In this document: piece after piece, positions 15,690-28,191 of the stretch
Layout: each line of letters starts with the position of its first letter
Position numbering within the stretch: position 1 is the stretch's first letter
DNA from: Dictyostelium discoideum
Taxonomy: Eukaryota
Assembly: GCA_000004695.1 (NCBI GenBank)
Contig: CM000152.2
Coordinates: 5,632,001 to 5,696,000 of the forward strand
DNA length: 64,000 nt
Direction: 5' to 3'
Made by a program: the position numbers and the translations under genes
The notes under the pieces: generated by a model
What the model was told of the DNA's origin: nothing
Seen by the model: only the letters and a program-made list of their open reading frames with translations
The model's database searches: none

Positions 15690-16018
15690 TATATGTATAA
15701 TTAAACTTTAAAGAAGTAAAATGATAGATTTGTAATCATGGTTGATATATAAAAAAAGAATATGATTTATTTATTTCATTATAATAAATATTAAAAATTG
15801 TTTAATACAATGTTAAAGGATTATTAATAAAATTAAGGTGCAACAATTTATAAATTTAAATATGAAATTATAAATATAAATTAAAATCTTTATTTAAGTA
15901 AATTTATGAATTCCTAATTTAATAGGAATCAATGAAAAAATTAGAATGTTATTGGTGTTGTGCAGTCTCATTACAAATATAAATAAATGTATTATTGGTT
16001 TAAGTTGATTATAAATCA

Positions 16019-17047
16019 TTATTTTAAATAATTACATAATGCGGTTTTGCAATTTGAATTATTGGTTTCACTTCTAAAGAATTTTAACAAGGTTGCATAA
16101 CAACACTCTACATTAGCAAAATATTTTCTATGGAATTTCTTGGCACTCCATTTTTTGTTGTTTTTTTTCTTGAATTTTGATTTTACCTTTGAACATCGTT
16201 CAGGAATGGGAATTTCAATTTTTATTATGTCTTGTTTACCATTTTGTTTTTTTCTTGACTTTTCTTCTACAATATTTATATGTTGAGTTGGGTGGTTCCA
16301 TTGATTGTAACAAAGGTCATATAATCTTTGGATATCACCTTTATACAATTTAGTACCTTTTGTAAGTTTAAAAGTTGATCTTATAGCATAATGATTGATT
16401 TTTGCTTCTTCTGAGGATGTTGTTGCATTTTTCAATACTTTAAAACCTAATGATTTGCTGTTAGAGGAATACATTATGTTATCAATCGAGTTTCTACCAG
16501 TTGTTGTTTCTATATCTTTATCATTTGCAAAAGAAATTTCATTTCCTAATTTCTCTTTTATTTGAGTTCTATTATGATTTATATCACCAGCAATTAAAAA
16601 AGGAATATTTTTTTCAATAAGTTTTGATACCAATCTTTCCAAAATAAAAAAATTTTCCGAAGCACTATTTTGTGATTTCTTTTGTGGTATATGGCAATTA
16701 ATTACTACAAAGTAAACGTCCTTATGTTTAAACGAAACAATATGGAGTCTTGTACCACTCTTAGCTTCAAATTCTTCAATAACTTTAAGACTTGAATTAT
16801 TATATATTATTCTTTATTGATTTTCTTTTTTTGATTTATCTCTTGAACCTGTTTTATTTTTTAAATTTCCATAGTTCTCGAAATCCTGAAAATCTCTATC
16901 AATCTCTTGTAAACATAATATATCATTTTTATTAAAATTATTTAAAAGCAATTCATCCTTTATTTGATTTTTGAATGTATTTTTAAGAGGTTTACCACCT
17001 TGGATTCCTGCATTTAAACTTCCTACAGTTACCCTGGCTGAATCCAT
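16019..17047 (-). pseudogene. Copy 1 of a tandem family encoding a stand-alone L1/APE-type (EEP) endonuclease domain protein. The frame is continuous except for one internal TAA.
   Basis: The translation LNAGIQGGKPLKN...ILCLQEIDRDF...VYFVVINCHIPQKK...IPFLIAGDINHNR...NSIDNIMYS...KINHYAIRS matches EEP catalytic motifs (QE, GDxN, SxDH). A single TAA at about 16798 interrupts the frame where copy 3 has CTA (Leu). No RT domain follows. Confidence 0.6.
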
Positions 17048-17289
17048 TTTTTAAATTTTTAAAATTTATGTGATTTTTTTTTTTGCTAATAAAAAAGAAT
17101 TTACAATAAATATAAAAAGATTAGTTTTATGTACAGTTTGTTAATGGTATCATTACAAATATAAATATATGTATTATTTATTGGTTTAAGCTGATTAGAT
17201 ATCATTATTTTAAATAATTATTTAATGCAGCTTTACAATTTAGATAATGGGTTTCACCTCTAAAGAATTTTAACAAAGTTGCATAACAA

Positions 17290-18040
17290 CACTTTACATC
17301 ACCAAAATATGTTTTATGGAATTTCTTTGCACTCCATTTTTTATTTTCCTTCTAGAATTTTGATTTTACCATTGAACATAATACAAGATGTGGGAATATT
17401 GAGATTTTCATTTTTTGTTATGTTTTGGTTACCATTTTGTTTTTTTCTTGGCTTTTCTTGTTGAGTGGGGTGGTCTTTCAATTCATTGTAACAAAGGTCA
17501 TATAATTATTTAATTATTTAATTCAGTACCTTTTTTAATGTTAAATGTTGATCTTATAGCGTAATGATTGATTTTTGCTTTTTCTGAGGATGTTATTGCA
17601 TTTTTCAATACTTTAAAATATAATGATTTGCTGTGAGAAGAAAACATAATGTGATCGATTGAGTTTTTACCAATCGTTGTTTCTATATCTTTATCATTTG
17701 CAAAAGAAATTTCATTTCCTAATTTCTCTTTTATTTGAATTCTATTATGATTTATATCACCAGCAATTAAAAAAGGAATATTTTTTTCATTAAGATTTGA
17801 TACCAATCTTTCCAAAATAAAAAAATTTTCAAATGCTTTTTCTTTGGATTTCATTTGTAGTATATGGCAATTAATTACTACAAAGTAAACGTCATTGAGT
17901 TCAAACGAAACAATCTGCCTATCTTAACTACAACTTCTTCAATAACTTTTAGATTGAATTATTATAGATTATTCTTAGTTGATTTTCTTTTTTTAATTTA
18001 TCTCTTGAACTTGTTTTATTTTTTAAATTTCCATAATTCT
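17290..18040 (-). pseudogene. Copy 2 of the APE-type endonuclease family. A truncated, fragmented pseudogene.
   Basis: ORF 17510..17854 carries ...IPFLIAGDINHNR...NSIDHIMFS...KINHYAIRSTF. The N-terminal half is deleted; homology resumes only at the 5' leader around 17960..18040. The C-terminal and 3' flank (17230..17510) are homologous to copy 1 but frame-disrupted. Confidence 0.5.
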
Positions 18041-18899
18041 TAAATTTAATTATATATTTATTTTATTTAATATTTTAAATTTTAATATTATGTGTTCATT
18101 ATAAGATTTATTATAATATTAAGATTTAAAAAATAGGGGTTTCGATTATTTAAAAATGGAATTTTTTTTTTTTTTTTTTATTTATGTTTTTTTATTTTGT
18201 TATTGAATTATTAAAAATAAAAAAAATAAATATAGAAATTAAAAATAGAAAAAAAAATATTTAATTTGTGAAGTTGGTTTTTGTGTAACAGAAATAATTA
18301 CTAAAAATAATTTGTTAAAAAAATAAAATAAAAAAAAAAAAAAAAATTATTTTTTTTTTTTTGAGAATTGATTTTTAAAAATTATTTCTGTGAATTATCC
18401 ATTTTTTTTTTTTTTTTTATTTAAAATTTCTATTTTTTTTTTTTTTTAATTTTATTTATTTTTATAGCTATTTAAAAATTTTCAAAAAAAGATTGTTGTA
18501 AAAATTCAAAATAATATAATCATTTCGTTTCAGAAGAAGTAGTTAATCAATTCAAAAAAAAGGAAAAAATAATATCAGATTTTGATTAAATTTTTTATTT
18601 TTTTGAACACAACCACTTGAAAATTAAAATCAAATAATAATATTGTTAAATACAATTATAATATTTAAGGATCCTAATTAAATAAAAAATAAGGTACAAC
18701 AGTTTATTAATAAAATATTATAAATATATATTTATATATAAAAGCTTTATTTAAGTATGAATTTAATAGAAATTATTGATGTTTGGATGTAATGATTTTA
18801 AACATTCATATTAATATTTTACAATTTGTTTAGTACTATTATCATTACATATATAAATGATATGTATTATATGTTTAAGTTGATTAAAAATTATTTAAA

Positions 18900-19940
18900 T
18901 AATTAATTAGTGCAATTTTGCAATTTAGATTTTGGCTTTCACCTTTAATGAGTCTTGACAATGTACTTTTAGAACAACTACCATTAAAATATTTTTCATG
19001 AAATCTAGTGGCATTCCATACTTTGTTTTCATTCTTGAATTTTGGTATTACCAATTTAACTAATATATCATTGGGAATATCATCACCAATTTCAAATTTT
19101 TGTTTTGTTTTGTTGACAATTTTGTTTTTCTATTGGTCTTTCAATTTCTTTGTTAATAATTATTTGTTGATTGAGGCGGTTTTTCCATTGATTACTACAA
19201 TTATTATATAAATATTGGATATTTCCTTTAAGCAAATTTATACCTTTTTTAAGTTTAAATTTAGATCTTTAAGCAAAATGATTGATTTTTGCATTTTCTG
19301 AGGATATTGTAGCATCGTTGAATACTTGGAAATTTTCTAATATATTGTGATTGGAGTACATAATGTGATCGATTGAGTTACCACCTGTTGTTGTTATTTT
19401 ATCTTTATCATTTGCAAAATAAAAATGATGACCTATTAAGTTGATTATTTGAGTTCTATTATGATTTATATCACCAGCAATTATAAAAGGAATATTATAA
19501 TAATGAAAATTTTTTACCATTTCTCTCAAAATAAAAAAATTTTCTATTGCACCAAGTTTTAATTTCTTCTTTTGTGGTATATGGCAATTAATTAATACAA
19601 AGTAAACATCATTAAGTTTAAAAGAAACAATCTGGAGTCTTGAACCAATGTCAACTAAAACTTCTTCAATAACTTCAAGATTTGAATTATTATATATTAT
19701 TCTTAGTTGATTTTCTTTTTTTGATTTATCTTTTGAACTTGTTTTATTTTTTAAATTTCCATAATTCTTGAAATCCTGAAAATCTCTATCAATCTCTTGT
19801 ATACATAATATAAAATTTTCAATTAATTTATAATTCTCATCAAAAAACAAATTAGTTTTTATTTGATTTCTGTATGTATTCTTAAGTGATTTACCCCCTT
19901 GGATTCCTGCATTTAAACTTACTAATGTTGCAGTCTCCAT
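18900..19940 (-). pseudogene. Copy 3 of the APE-type endonuclease family. The N-terminal domain is intact, followed by a nonsense codon and a frameshift in the C-terminal region.
   Basis: ORF 19269..19940 contains a complete EEP domain (CIQEIDRDF, VYFVLINCHIPQKKK, IPFIIAGDINHNRTQ, NSIDHIMYS). A TAA lies after KINHFA where copy 1 reads KINHYAIRS. The downstream homologous region is frameshifted. The 3' flank 18830..18980 is homologous to the 3' flanks of copies 1 and 2. Confidence 0.6.
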
Positions 19941-20356
19941 TTTTAAATTTTTAAAAATTAAAATTATATGTAATGATTTTTTTAATATTTAATTAATGTT
20001 AAAAAAATAGAAGAAACAATGAATAAATATTTATTTATAATTTTTTTTTCTCAATTTGATGAGTGGATGTAAATTTTAAAAATTTCAGCAATTAAAGTGG
20101 TGAAAAGTAATTTTATGGGTTTGTCGCACTTTTTTTTACTTTTGTTTTTTATTTTCTATGCGACTTACAATTTGCACACTTAAAAATTTAAAAAAACTTA
20201 ATAATAAATAAAAAAATTTAATTACATTTAAATAAATAAAAAATTAAACAATTTTTTTATTTATTTATTTTGTTTATTTTTTTAATTTTCAATAAAAATT
20301 AATTGTTTATTTTGTAATGAAAGTGGCTTTATTTAATTTATAATTTATAATATGAG

Positions 20357-20431
20357 TTGATGTTATGGAAGTATTTTTTTTTTTTTAATAACATCACTCA
20401 ATTTGAGTGTGTTCTAGGAGAGTTTATTTGT

Positions 20432-20480
<49 letters not shown>

Positions 20481-20493
20481 CTTGTTATTCTTA

Positions 20494-20562
<69 letters not shown>

Positions 20563-20579
20563 TTTATTAATGTTGTTAT

Positions 20580-20626
<47 letters not shown>

Positions 20627-20899
20627 GTAGTTGGTGTTATATCAGTATGGTATGAAGTGTTCCGGGATGTTTATGGTCATGAGTTTCGAGTTCCAGTTGT
20701 GGCTGAATTTTTCGAGTCTTCTTTTTATTGATGCGGTCCGATTGATTGATTCTTGGTTATCAGTGCATCTTAGTTCTTGACGTAATTGCCTTTCTACTAT
20801 CTTTCTTGTTCTATCCCATTCGGCATCTCTCGCTTTTTTGATTTTATGAATTATTTGGTTCTCTGTTATTTTATGGAAGTATCGAAAATAGTTATTCAA
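20357..20899 (-). mobile_element. Retroelement fragment ending 20-48 bp upstream of tRNA-Lys. The unique, GC-richer 5' module (20622..20899) is followed on the minus strand by an A-rich tail ((A)n/(TAA)n). It looks like a TRE5-like internally deleted remnant.
   Basis: A complexity island of about 280 bp in an AT desert carries an ORF reading away from the tRNA (MNNYFRYFHKITENQIIHKIKKARDAEWDRTRK...). Distal to the tRNA it is followed immediately by T-runs and (TTA)n on the plus strand, which is poly(A) on the minus strand. It lies on the strand opposite the tRNA, with its 5' end proximal to the tRNA. Family assignment is an inference. Confidence 0.4.
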
Positions 20900-20918
20900 A
20901 ATAAATTTTCATAAAAAT

Positions 20919-20991
20919 GCCCGGCTAGCTCAGTCGGTAGAGCGCCAGACTCTTAATCTGGTGGTCGGGGGTTCGAGCCCCCCGTTGGGCG
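20919..20991 (+). tRNA. tRNA-Lys (anticodon CUU).
   Basis: GCCCGGCTAGCTCAGTCGGTAGAGCGCCAGACTCTTAATCTGGTGGTCGGGGGTTCGAGCCCCCCGTTGGGCG folds as a canonical cloverleaf. It has a 7-bp acceptor stem, a GCTC/GAGC D-stem, a CCAGA/TCTGG anticodon stem with loop CTCTTAA, and a GGGGG/CCCCC T-stem with loop TTCGAGC. A B-box-like GGTTCAATTC lies about 43 bp downstream, possibly an ex-B box. Confidence 0.9.
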
Positions 20992-21683
20992 AATTTTTTA
21001 TTTTAAAATTTAATAGTACACTGGTTCAATTCTTAACTTGGTCCCACCAATGGTTTAAGAGGATTGTGTAATTATTTACCTATTCAAAAAAAATAATAGG
21101 TCACACGAAAGAATTACCAAAAAGAACAATACAAAAAACAAAATCACACCTATAATACCTTCCAACATGAAAAAAGATCATGAAGTAAACATAAACTACA
21201 TTCATTCAAAATTTCATTAACAACATTTTGAATGTTCTATAAAGAAATAGACTATGACCTTTCTAGACATTTTGTATATATAATAGCATTGATTTTACAC
21301 CAAATTTAGATATGGGTTTGGAATAATATACAGCGATGACAAAATTCAGTTAGACTACAACACTATTCTCAAAAAATGTTAAAACATTAGACTATATAAA
21401 AAAAAAAAAAACTTTAAAATATCATCATCAAAAGATTCAATGTCAATCTGAAACAAAAATGAATACCTAAAACAAATTAAAAATATCTAAAATCAAATAA
21501 TCAAAGAATACTGTACCAATGATAGCGTACCAAATAGAGTAATTGTGGAATAAAAAAAATAAATCAAATTATAACAATATAACTAATTGTTGTTATTCAA
21601 AAAAAATTAAAATAATTAAAATAAAATAAAAAAACATTTATTATTGCAGAAGGTTTTAATACTAGCAAATAATTAATTAATAT

Positions 21684-21723
<40 letters not shown>

Positions 21724-22003
21724 ATTCAAAACCTTGACATAGAAACATAATGGCATTAATAACTGATAAAATCTGTTTTTGCTTCTGCAACCAATTCACA
21801 TAATTTTAAAAAAAAAGAAGTAATAATAATTGTAATAACACATTTTTAAAAAAATACTGTTTTAGATAATCTAAAACATAATAACAACTGTAATTTAAAA
21901 ATTTAAATTCGGTAAACCTATTTATTTCCTTTAATGAATAAATATTGATTTCTCCAAAATGACATCGAACCTACGACATTATCTTGACTCGATTTAAAAA
22001 TTT

Positions 22004-22076
22004 CACCCATTGTGGGTCTCGATCCCACGACCTGCAGCTTAGAAGGCTGCCGCAATTCCAACTTTGCTAAACGGGC
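22004..22076 (-). tRNA. tRNA-Arg (anticodon UCU).
   Basis: The minus strand reads GCCCGTTTAGCAAAGTTGGAATTGCGGCAGCCTTCTAAGCTGCAGGTCGTGGGATCGAGACCCACAATGGGTG. The anticodon stem is GCAGC/GCTGC with loop CTTCTAA, and the T-arm is GTGGG-ATCGAGA-CCCAC. The acceptor stem has two G-U pairs. An ex-B-like GGTTCGATGTC lies about 35 bp downstream. ORF 21918..22115 overlapping it is spurious. Confidence 0.8.
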
Positions 22077-22662
22077 TTTGTTGAATTTAAAAAAAATTAT
22101 AGCCAAAATCGGCATTAATTTTAAAGTTTGTACCTTGTTTTATTTCTGATGAAAAACATCGGGTATTGTTATTATTTAAATATTTTGTAATTTTCAGCCT
22201 CTATACCATTATTATTTTAATTTTTTTTTTTTTTTTTTTTTTTTTTTGAATTTAATATTTTAAATTTAATAATAATATTTTTTATTATTGTTGAAAAATA
22301 TATGTGGTCAATATTTCAAATAAATATAATAATTTACAATAGATTTATTTAGATATATAATGTAAATTAATAAATGGTTATTAATATTATTATAATTATT
22401 TTTTTTAAATTTTTTTAAATTCTACACAACCTAATATTTAAACCTAATATTTTTTTTTTTCATTTTATTATTGCTTTTTCACACCCAATATTTAAACCAC
22501 AAAGATATCAAAAAAATATCTTAGGAATAAAAAAAAAAAAAAATTTAAAAAATTTTTTTCATTGATTTTTATTTTAGTTTTTTTTTTTTATTTTTTTTAT
22601 TTTTTATAATTATAAAAACACAACAATTTAAAAAAAAAAAATATTTTTTTATCTCTTAAAAA

Positions 22663-22771
22663 TGGATAAAATTGAAAACATTGTTTCAATAACAGGTATG
22701 AAAAAAAAAAAAAAATTTTAACAGTTATAACAAAAATGAAAAAAAAAAAAAATTGGCATATTAATAATTTT

Positions 22772-22802
<31 letters not shown>

Positions 22803-24554
22803 CTATTTTTAGTATGTAGCGCTAGAAATTTACCAAATATGGATTTATTATCACAATCAGCCGATCCATATTGTGAAATTTTCTTTGAAAATCAACAAGT
22901 TTTTAAAACTAATATAATTAAAAAAACAAAGAATCCAACTTGGAATGCACATTATAATTTAATTGTTAACGAATCAAAATTAAAATATGATATTACATTT
23001 AAACTTTGGGATTGGGATAAAACATCACAAAATGGTAAATTTAATTTTATTTTTTATTTTTATTTTATTTTTTTTTTATTAATTATTAATTTAATTTTTT
23101 ATTTTTTTATTTTTTAAGATTATATTGGTAAAGTTGAATTATCATTAAATGATATATTAAATAAACCAATTAAAGATGAATGGTATAAAATTATAAAAGA
23201 GAAAAAGAATGGTAAAATTAAAGAACGTGGTGAAATTCATATTTTAACTAAAGTGATAACAAAAGAAGAGGTTTATGATTCATTTGTTAGTAGTATTACC
23301 AAACATTTTTCACATACAGAAGATGATACATTAAATATTACAGATTTCACAGGTCTAATTACAACATTGAATAGTGAATATCCAGAACCAGATATAGTTC
23401 AACTATTTAAGAAAACCGATTCCGATTCGAATGAAACTATATCAGTATCTGAATTAAAGCATTTATTTTGTGAAACTGAGCAAGGCAAAGAATTGATCAA
23501 CACTTTATTCCAAGGTAATACCAATTTAATGTGGGAAGCATACGCAATCTCTGATAGCTATTCCACGATTGCCGATAACATTTTCCATAAGAATTTCGGT
23601 GGATCTTTAAAATCAGATTCAGATAGTAAACAAAAGGTGAAAATCATCTACATTCACGATAGAGAGAGTGGAAAATTAGTTGAAGAGAAAATCCCACACT
23701 ATATCGAGGTTAGTCTTAGAATTATGTATTCAACAAGTGGTGGTAGATCCGCAATAAATAATAGTCAAGTAAAACGATTAATGAGATATTTAACCAATAA
23801 AACTGGTAAAAAGTATGAAGCACCAGAATCTGTGAAAGAGATTCAACCATTCATTAAATTCCATTCACTAAATGTCGATGAAATACTTGACCCATTATCT
23901 AGTTTTAAGAATTTTAATCAATTTTTCTATAGAAAATTAAAAGATTCCGCCAGACCAATCGCCTCACCAAATGACCCAAAAATCGCTGTATCCCCTGCTG
24001 ATTGTAGATTAAATGTTTTCCCAACTATTAAATTAGCAACTGAACTTTGGATTAAAGGTAAGAATTTCACATTGACAACATTGATTCAAGACGAGCAATT
24101 GGCAAGTCAATATGAAGATGGCTCATTGGTAATTGCAAGATTAGCACCACAAGATTATCATAGATTCCATGTACCAGTATCTGGTGTTATTGGTAAATCA
24201 ACACCAATCGATGGTGAACTATATACCGTTAATCCAATTGCAATTCGTGAAAATGTTGATGTCTATTGCGAAAATAAACGTATTGTAACCGAGATTGATT
24301 CAAAGGAATTTGGTAAAGTTTTATTCATTAGTGTTGGTGCAACTTTGGTTGGTTCCATTCATTTAACTACTAAACAAGGTCAACATGTAAATAAAGGTGA
24401 TGAACAAGGTTATTTCGCTTTTGGTGGTTCAACAATTTTATTATTATTTGAAAAGAATACAATTGAATTTGATAATGATTTAATTGTAAATTCTTTAAAA
24501 CCAACTGAAACTTTAATAAAAGTTAATTCATCATTAGGTAAAAGTTTATTATAA
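22663..24554 (+). CDS. Phosphatidylserine decarboxylase proenzyme, PSD2-type, with an N-terminal C2 domain and an EF-hand. Exons 22663..22694, 22813..23034, 23119..24554.
   Basis: The C2 domain reads SARNLPNMDLLSQSADPYCEIFF...WDWD. The EF-hand-like segment is DSDSNETISVSELKHLF. The PSD core includes SPADCRL, LAPQDYHRFHVP, and the autocleavage motif FAFGGST. The donors are GTATGA and GTAAAT, and the acceptors TTTTTAG and TTTTAAG, with consistent phases. Confidence 0.85.
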
Positions 24555-24916
24555 AAAAAAAATAATTAAAAATAAAAAATAAAAAAAAAACTAAAAATAA
24601 AAAAAAGTTTCGTTTTTCCAGTTTTTTTTTTCCCAAAAAAATTTTTTTTTTTTTTTTTATTTTTTTTTTTTTTTTTATTTTTTTTTTTATTTTTTATTTT
24701 TTTTTTTTTACCAATTTGACGAATAAACTCATTCATTTTTTTTTTTTTTTAATTATTATTTTCAAATAAATCTTTAAAACACGGAGTTAATTTACTTTTT
24801 TTTTTTTTTTTCCTTTTAAAAAAAGATAATCAAAAAGAATTTTTTTTTTTTTTTTTAAAAAAATTTCCAAAATCATAATAAATAAAATAAAATAAAATAA
24901 AATAAAATAAATAAAA

Positions 24917-26092
24917 ATGGTAAATAAATCAACAACTAATGGAGTTTCAGATCCAAATTTAGAAAATAAAAGAACAAAAGTTACATTAACAAATTCAGGT
25001 GTTGAAAATGTAATTATCTAAATAAATAAATAAAAAAAATAAAAAAAATAAAAAAAATAAAAAAAAAAAAATTAATATGTTTTTATATTTATTTTATATA
25101 TATTTTATAAATATATTTATATATATTTTTTTAAATTTTTTTTTTAGGCAAGAGGTACATATTATAGTGGTGCATATACATCAGTTGGATATGATAATAG
25201 TTTTAATTTAAATAGATTTAAAGAAAATTTTAAAATTAATATATTATCAGAATCAGCAAATGAATTAGTATTTGAAATGATTGGTATTGATGCACCAATT
25301 GCAAATGCATTACGTCGTATTATGATATCAGAGATACCAACAATGGCAATTGAAAAAGTTTATATTATAAATAATACATCTATTTTACAAGATGAAGTAT
25401 TAGCACATAGATTAGGTATGATACCAATTAAAGTTGATCCAAGAAAATTCAATTTTAAATTACCAAATAAAGAATACACAGCAGAGGATACATTGATTTT
25501 TCAATTAAAAGTAAAATGTGAAAAGGATTCAGTCACTGGTAAAATTATAAATGAAACTGCATTATCAAAACATTTAATTTGGGTGCCAACTCAAGATCAA
25601 GAGGAAATGTTCCCAAACGAAGAGGATCGTCCACGTCCAATGGAGGATGACATCCCAATCATGAAGTTAAGACCCGGTCAAGTCATCGATATTCAATGTT
25701 ATTGTGAGAAAAACATTGGTAGAGAACATATTAAATGGTCACCAGTTTGCACTGCCTCCTATAGATTACAACCTGTCATCTCTGTCGATAAATCAATCAA
25801 AGGTGATAAAGCAAACCAATTGCTTGAGAAATGTCCAAAGAAAGTTTTTGATATTGAAGATTCTGGTCAAGTCGTTGCTGCTCGTCCATTAGATTGTACA
25901 ATGTGTAGAGAATGCATTAGAGATCCTGAATTTGAACAAAATGTTAAAATTGAACGTGTTAGAGATCATTTCATTTTCTCAATAGAATCAACTGGTGCTT
26001 TAAAATCAAGAGAAATTTTCCAAGAAGCAATTAAAATCTTTATTGAAAAATGTAATATTGTTGAAGAAAGTATTAATAAATTAGTAAATTAA
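24917..26092 (+). CDS. DNA-directed RNA polymerases I and III subunit RPAC1 (AC40, Rpb3/RpoD-like). Exons 24917..25009 and 25148..26092.
   Basis: A GTAATT donor after MVNKSTTNGVSDPNLENKRTKVTLTNSGVEN joins a TTTTTAG acceptor into ARGTYYSG...MIGIDAPIANALRRIMISEIPTMAIEKVYIINNTSILQDEVLAHRLGMIPI. This is the alpha-motif dimerisation domain of Rpb3/AC40. A Cys-containing insert (CTMCRECI) typical of AC40 is present. Confidence 0.85.
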
Positions 26093-26261
26093 AAAAAAAA
26101 AAATAAAAAAATAAAAAAAAAAATAAAAAATAAAAAAAGTCATATTAAATAAAATAAAATAAATAAAATAATTATAAACATTTTTTTTTTAAAAAAATTT
26201 ATTACTTTTTTTTTTTTTTTTTTTTTTTTATACACATTTCTTTTCTTTTTTTTTTTTTTTT

Positions 26262-26966
26262 TTATAATTTTGATTCAAATAATTTTAATCTACTTGCAAA
26301 ACCAATTGTTTTTTCAAGTAATTCTTTGGAAGCATTTTTATACATTTCTTCTTTTAAAGAACCAAAAGTAATTCTGTCTTTTCCTTTTGTATGTAATAAT
26401 TCTGCTAATTCAACAGATTTCTCTAATATATCAGTACATGATTTATCAACTAATTGTAATTTCTCTGCTTCTTTACCTCCAAATCTTTTACCAGTTAAAA
26501 CAACATCTCTAAATATATTTGAATTTGTAATTTTACATCTATTTTTTTTAATAATAATAAAAAAAAAAAAAAATATTATTAGTTTATTATTTTTTATTTT
26601 TTTTTTAAAAATAAAAAATTTTAATTTAAACTTACTGTAAAATAGCATTCATACCAGGAGTTAATGGAATATGAATATCAATTTCAGGTAAACAAAAGAA
26701 ACCTTTATCAGATTTCATTATTCTGTAGTCATGTGCCATTGAAAACATAGCACCACCCGCGAATGAATGACCATTGATACATGAGATGGTTGGAATTGGG
26801 AATACTAATATTCTTTGTAATAATGCATGAAATCTAAATACAAATTCTTGGAAATTCTTTGCACCTCTTGGTAATGCCCAATCTAAATCTAATCCTAATG
26901 AATAAAATTTTGGACTAATTGATGTTGTAATTAAACATGATGCATTTTCACAACTATTTTTTTAAA

Positions 26967-27008
<42 letters not shown>

Positions 27009-27241
27009 AAAATTAAAATTAAAATTATTTATTATAATTATTATTAATTATAAATTAAAAAGAAAAATAAATAAAAAAAAACAAACCTTTCAACATAATC
27101 TAATGATTTGTGAAAATGACCAAGATTATCATCATTAAATCTATTTTCATTATCATTTAAAGTAAGCAAGAAAATATCTTCATTTGATTCTAATTGTTCA
27201 ACATAAAAATTACCAAATTCTTTTTTGTTAATCCACTTCAT
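26262..27241 (-). CDS. Enoyl-CoA hydratase/isomerase (crotonase-fold) protein with a C-terminal PTS1 (SKL), probably a peroxisomal enoyl-CoA delta-isomerase. Three exons: 27241..27079, about 26959..26642, 26539..26262.
   Basis: Exon 2 translates to ...LDLDWALPRGAKNFQEFVF...ISCINGHSFAGGAMFSMAHDYRIM, the crotonase oxyanion-hole region. Minus-strand donors are GTTTGT and GTAAGT, with AATAG acceptors. The protein ends ...RLKLFESKL*. Confidence 0.75.
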
Positions 27242-27333
27242 CCTTTTTTTTATTTTTTTATTTATTTATTTTATTAAATTCTAATTGTTTTTTTATGGTT
27301 TACAAATTTTAATTAAATTTTTGAAATTTTCTG

Positions 27334-27384
<51 letters not shown>

Positions 27385-28191
27385 ATTATAAAAAAAAAAA
27401 AAAAATTTCTCACAACATGTTGCAATTTATTAACTTTTTTAGTTTGGTTGTGTTGTGATGTTAAAAAAAAAATAAAAAAAATAACAAAATAAAATAATAT
27501 CAAAATTTAGTCATTAAAAAAAAGATAATAAAAAAAAAGTAAAAAAAAAAAAAAAAAAATAATAATTAATTAATAAAAAAATATATTATAAAATATATAA
27601 ATAGATAATTAATTAATTTTATTGGGATCGAACTCCAAAAATATATTTTTTTTTTTTTTGATTACACCAAAAGGCGGTTTTAAAATTAAAAAAAAAAAAT
27701 AAAATTTTTTATTATTTTTTTTTTTTTTGTATTTTTTTTTTTTTTTTTTTATTTTAAACTTTCAGACTCAAAAAAAGAAATCGATTTTTTTTTTTTTCCA
27801 CACATTTTTTTTTTTTTTTTTTTTACCGGGGCGTGTAAATATACAAATAATGATGTTTTAAATAAATTTACAATTAAACTATATATATATAAAAAATAAA
27901 AATAAAATTTTATAAAATCAACGATAAATTACAGAAAACAATAGTTTTTACAAAGCGACACATTCAAAAACACTAATATTTTTTTTTTTTTTAAAATTAT
28001 CGGAGAAAATTATTTATATTTTTTTTTTATTCATTAAAATTTTTTTTTTTTTTTTTTTTTAAAAATACAATATAATAATAATTGTAATAATAATAAAAAT
28101 AGTAATAGTAATAGTAATAGTAATATTAATAAATAATAAATAATAATATAAAGTAATAATCAATATATTTAAAAAAAAAAAAAAGAAAAAA

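Noticed and set aside
21918-22115. 65-aa ORF on the minus strand at 21918..22115.
   Set aside because: It coincides with the tRNA-Arg(UCU) gene and its flank. The tRNA cloverleaf explains the sequence.
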